A DNA stretch of 63,007 nucleotides, the filler included, from Octopus bimaculoides (lineage: Eukaryota): the NCBI RefSeq assembly GCF_001194135.2. It is 5 parts of 5 records of this genome, joined end to end, with 100 filler letters (N's around TTAATTAATTAA, not from the genome) between each part and the next. Parts side by side here need not be neighbours in the genome. Positions count along the whole stretch, not along the records: positions 55,006 to 63,007 come from NC_069002.1; 4 more parts are not named here. One strand, written 5' to 3'. Shown one piece after another: positions 60,962-63,007 of the stretch (the stretch's first letter is position 1; every line of letters starts with the position of its first letter). Under the pieces are notes generated by a model. The model was not told where the DNA came from and ran no database searches. It saw only the letters and a list, made by a program, of their open reading frames with translations. The translations under genes were made by a program, and so were the position numbers.

Positions 60962-61224
60962 CCAAGCAGACAAATAAACAGATTGTGTTAAGGATAGATA
61001 TATTACTACACACACACACACACACACAAACCAATCAGAAACAGCATATCGAGATTTTTTAAAAAACACACACAAAAAAACACGAAATTAGGTGAATGAA
61101 TAATGAAAGTTGAATGAAGATTAAGTTGAAAGACTCATCATTCGACAGAGAGAGATAAGGGTTTAGTAATTGACTAAGAGACAGATCCTTAATTTCAATC
61201 AGAAGCCACATCTTTACTCCTTTT

Positions 61225-61420
61225 ACCATCTCTGCAAATATTTTCCCAGAAGAATCACTAATCTCAGTCACTCCTCTGCCTGCGCTGCGGAGCAGTTGAG
61301 TGAGTGCTCACTGCTACTGTTGTGAGCGACGTCCGTAGCGATGGTGGGTAATGTCGGTATGTCTCGTAGCGGTTGTCGGTTCACGGTGACGGACACACAG
61401 ACACAGAATATGTCATAGCA
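61225..61420 (-). promoter_or_regulatory. CpG-rich unique segment, possible first exon ending ATG|GT
   Basis: About 12 CpG in 61280-61400 against a CpG-poor background; minus strand reads GCAGAG-ATG (61229-61227) followed by GTAAAA. Confidence 0.25.
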
Positions 61421-61669
61421 TATTGTTGTATAAGCGTGAGCTGAGTTTCAGGATCTGAACAGGCCAACAGAGAGCTTCGCCCTTTTTTGTTGTTGTTGTT
61501 TGTTTATTATGTGTGTGTGTGTGTGTGTGTGTGTGTCTAACTCAGCGTGCTCAATAAATGTATTTCAAAAATTTCCACTTGCAAAAGTATTACAATAACT
61601 TGAAAAATGTATGAGTGCGTGTGTGTGTGTGCATGTATATGTATTTATATATATATATCACTGTCCTAT

Positions 61670-61940
61670 TTTTCCTGTCTTGGTTTGTGTTTGCCACCTT
61701 GGAATCCTCTGTTTAGTGGGTCGATCCACTACTCAGAAAGAGACTATTCTAGAGTACTATCTGCCTTATCTTCGAAACGTCTGGTTAGAATAGAGGCAGC
61801 TGACGAAGGATTTATTCCAAGTGGCTATCTGTTTTCCTATGTGTTCGTTCCGTTGTCTGTAGTTCATTGTTCTAACATCCTGTACCCTGATATGCATCTA
61901 TATACACATGTAGATGTAAGTATGTACATATATGTGTCTA
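61670..61940 (+). mobile_element. Non-coding dispersed repeat (family G)
   Basis: CTGCCTTATCTTCGAAACGTCTGGTTAGAATAGAGGCAGCTGACGAAGGA...CATCCTGTACCCTGATATGCATCTATATACACATGTAGATGTAAG; homologous to 38380-38700 on the minus strand. Confidence 0.7.
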
Positions 61941-62170
61941 TACATGCATATATATTTTTCGTATTATATATATANNNNNNNNNNNNNNNNNNNNNNNNNN
62001 NNNNNNNNNNNNNNNNNNNNNNNNNNNNNNNNNNNNNNNNNNNNNNATATATATATATATATATACATTTACATATATATACATGCACACACATAGACAC
62101 ACACACACATAAATATATATTCGTACTTATATTTATACATTTATAACCCTAATTGTATCTATCTGTAGAT

Positions 62171-62214
<44 letters not shown>

Positions 62215-63007
62215 TGGAACTAAAGCGAACACCTGAAAGTGAAATCACAGTATACGTACGTACTTGCATACACAATCATACCTTCACTCTGAGGAAATAC
62301 ACACATTAAAATGAACGCCTATTCAAAACAGATATCAACTCCAGAAACGATATCATTCATATTGGATGAAGTATATCAAGTCCTTAACAAAAACGAAATA
62401 TACACGTGTGATAACATCATTAGCGGTGAATGAATAAAAGAAAACGAAAATAATTTTGATGGTAGACGAGAAAATAGCGAAAATTCAAATTCCTTAAATT
62501 TGAAAAGAGACAATTAATTAAGAAAATAATATAAAATTTCGAATTCACAGTGGGGGAAAAAAATTTAATGAACGTAGACCTTATATTATTTATAATAATA
62601 GCTAAAACGCTCACATTCACACCCTCCCATATATATAAATATTTATATATATATATACATGTTTATGCATATATAAAAAGATATGCATATACATATTTCT
62701 GTATATAACGTATTATATTGTAGTTACAGAAGAACGTTGACAGCAACTTTGAAGAAACTGCAAATTTGTCCTACTTGTACCTCTACTCAGAGTATCTGAG
62801 TAGTCCCTCGACTCACAGCATGGCCACAGACTTAGGGCTGAAACGTGTAAAAGAATAAAAGAATACAAACACACACACACACACACACATGTATGTGTGT
62901 GTGTGTGTGTGTGTGCTCGTGTGTGTGCGTATATCTATATAATTATATCTATATCAATCTATCTATCTGTATATATTTATAAATATATATATATATATAT
63001 ATATATA

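Overview
AT-rich eukaryotic genomic window, dense in microsatellites and containing many N gaps. The SINE repertoire and microsatellite load suggest a coleoid cephalopod, most likely Octopus (inference, not a database result). I found no host protein-coding gene I can identify. Almost all ORFs in the track are microsatellite or N-gap artefacts, and the window looks intronic or intergenic. It is dominated by mobile DNA: at least five tRNA-headed or RTE-tailed SINE families (my labels A-E); decayed LINE fragments (R4/Dong-type RLE, CRE-type RLE, RTE, CR1/L2); a decayed Penelope-like element; a two-ended Tc1 transposon with D-36-E spacing; a DD37D-type remnant; a Helitron N-terminal fragment; and piggyBac-, pogo- and Tc1-type MITEs. 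Best leads: (1) hammerhead-ribozyme-like cores in several small non-coding repeat families; (2) a CpG-rich perfect inverted repeat enclosing a telomere-like TTAGGG array; (3) same-orientation SINE stacks separated by locus-specific TSD-like spacers; (4) (AAT)n-targeted stacks of R4/Dong tails plus a non-coding passenger element; (5) a CR1/L2 3' end sharing a covarying stem-loop with the main SINE tail. Family names and motif assignments come from reading the sequence by eye; boundaries are approximate unless stated.
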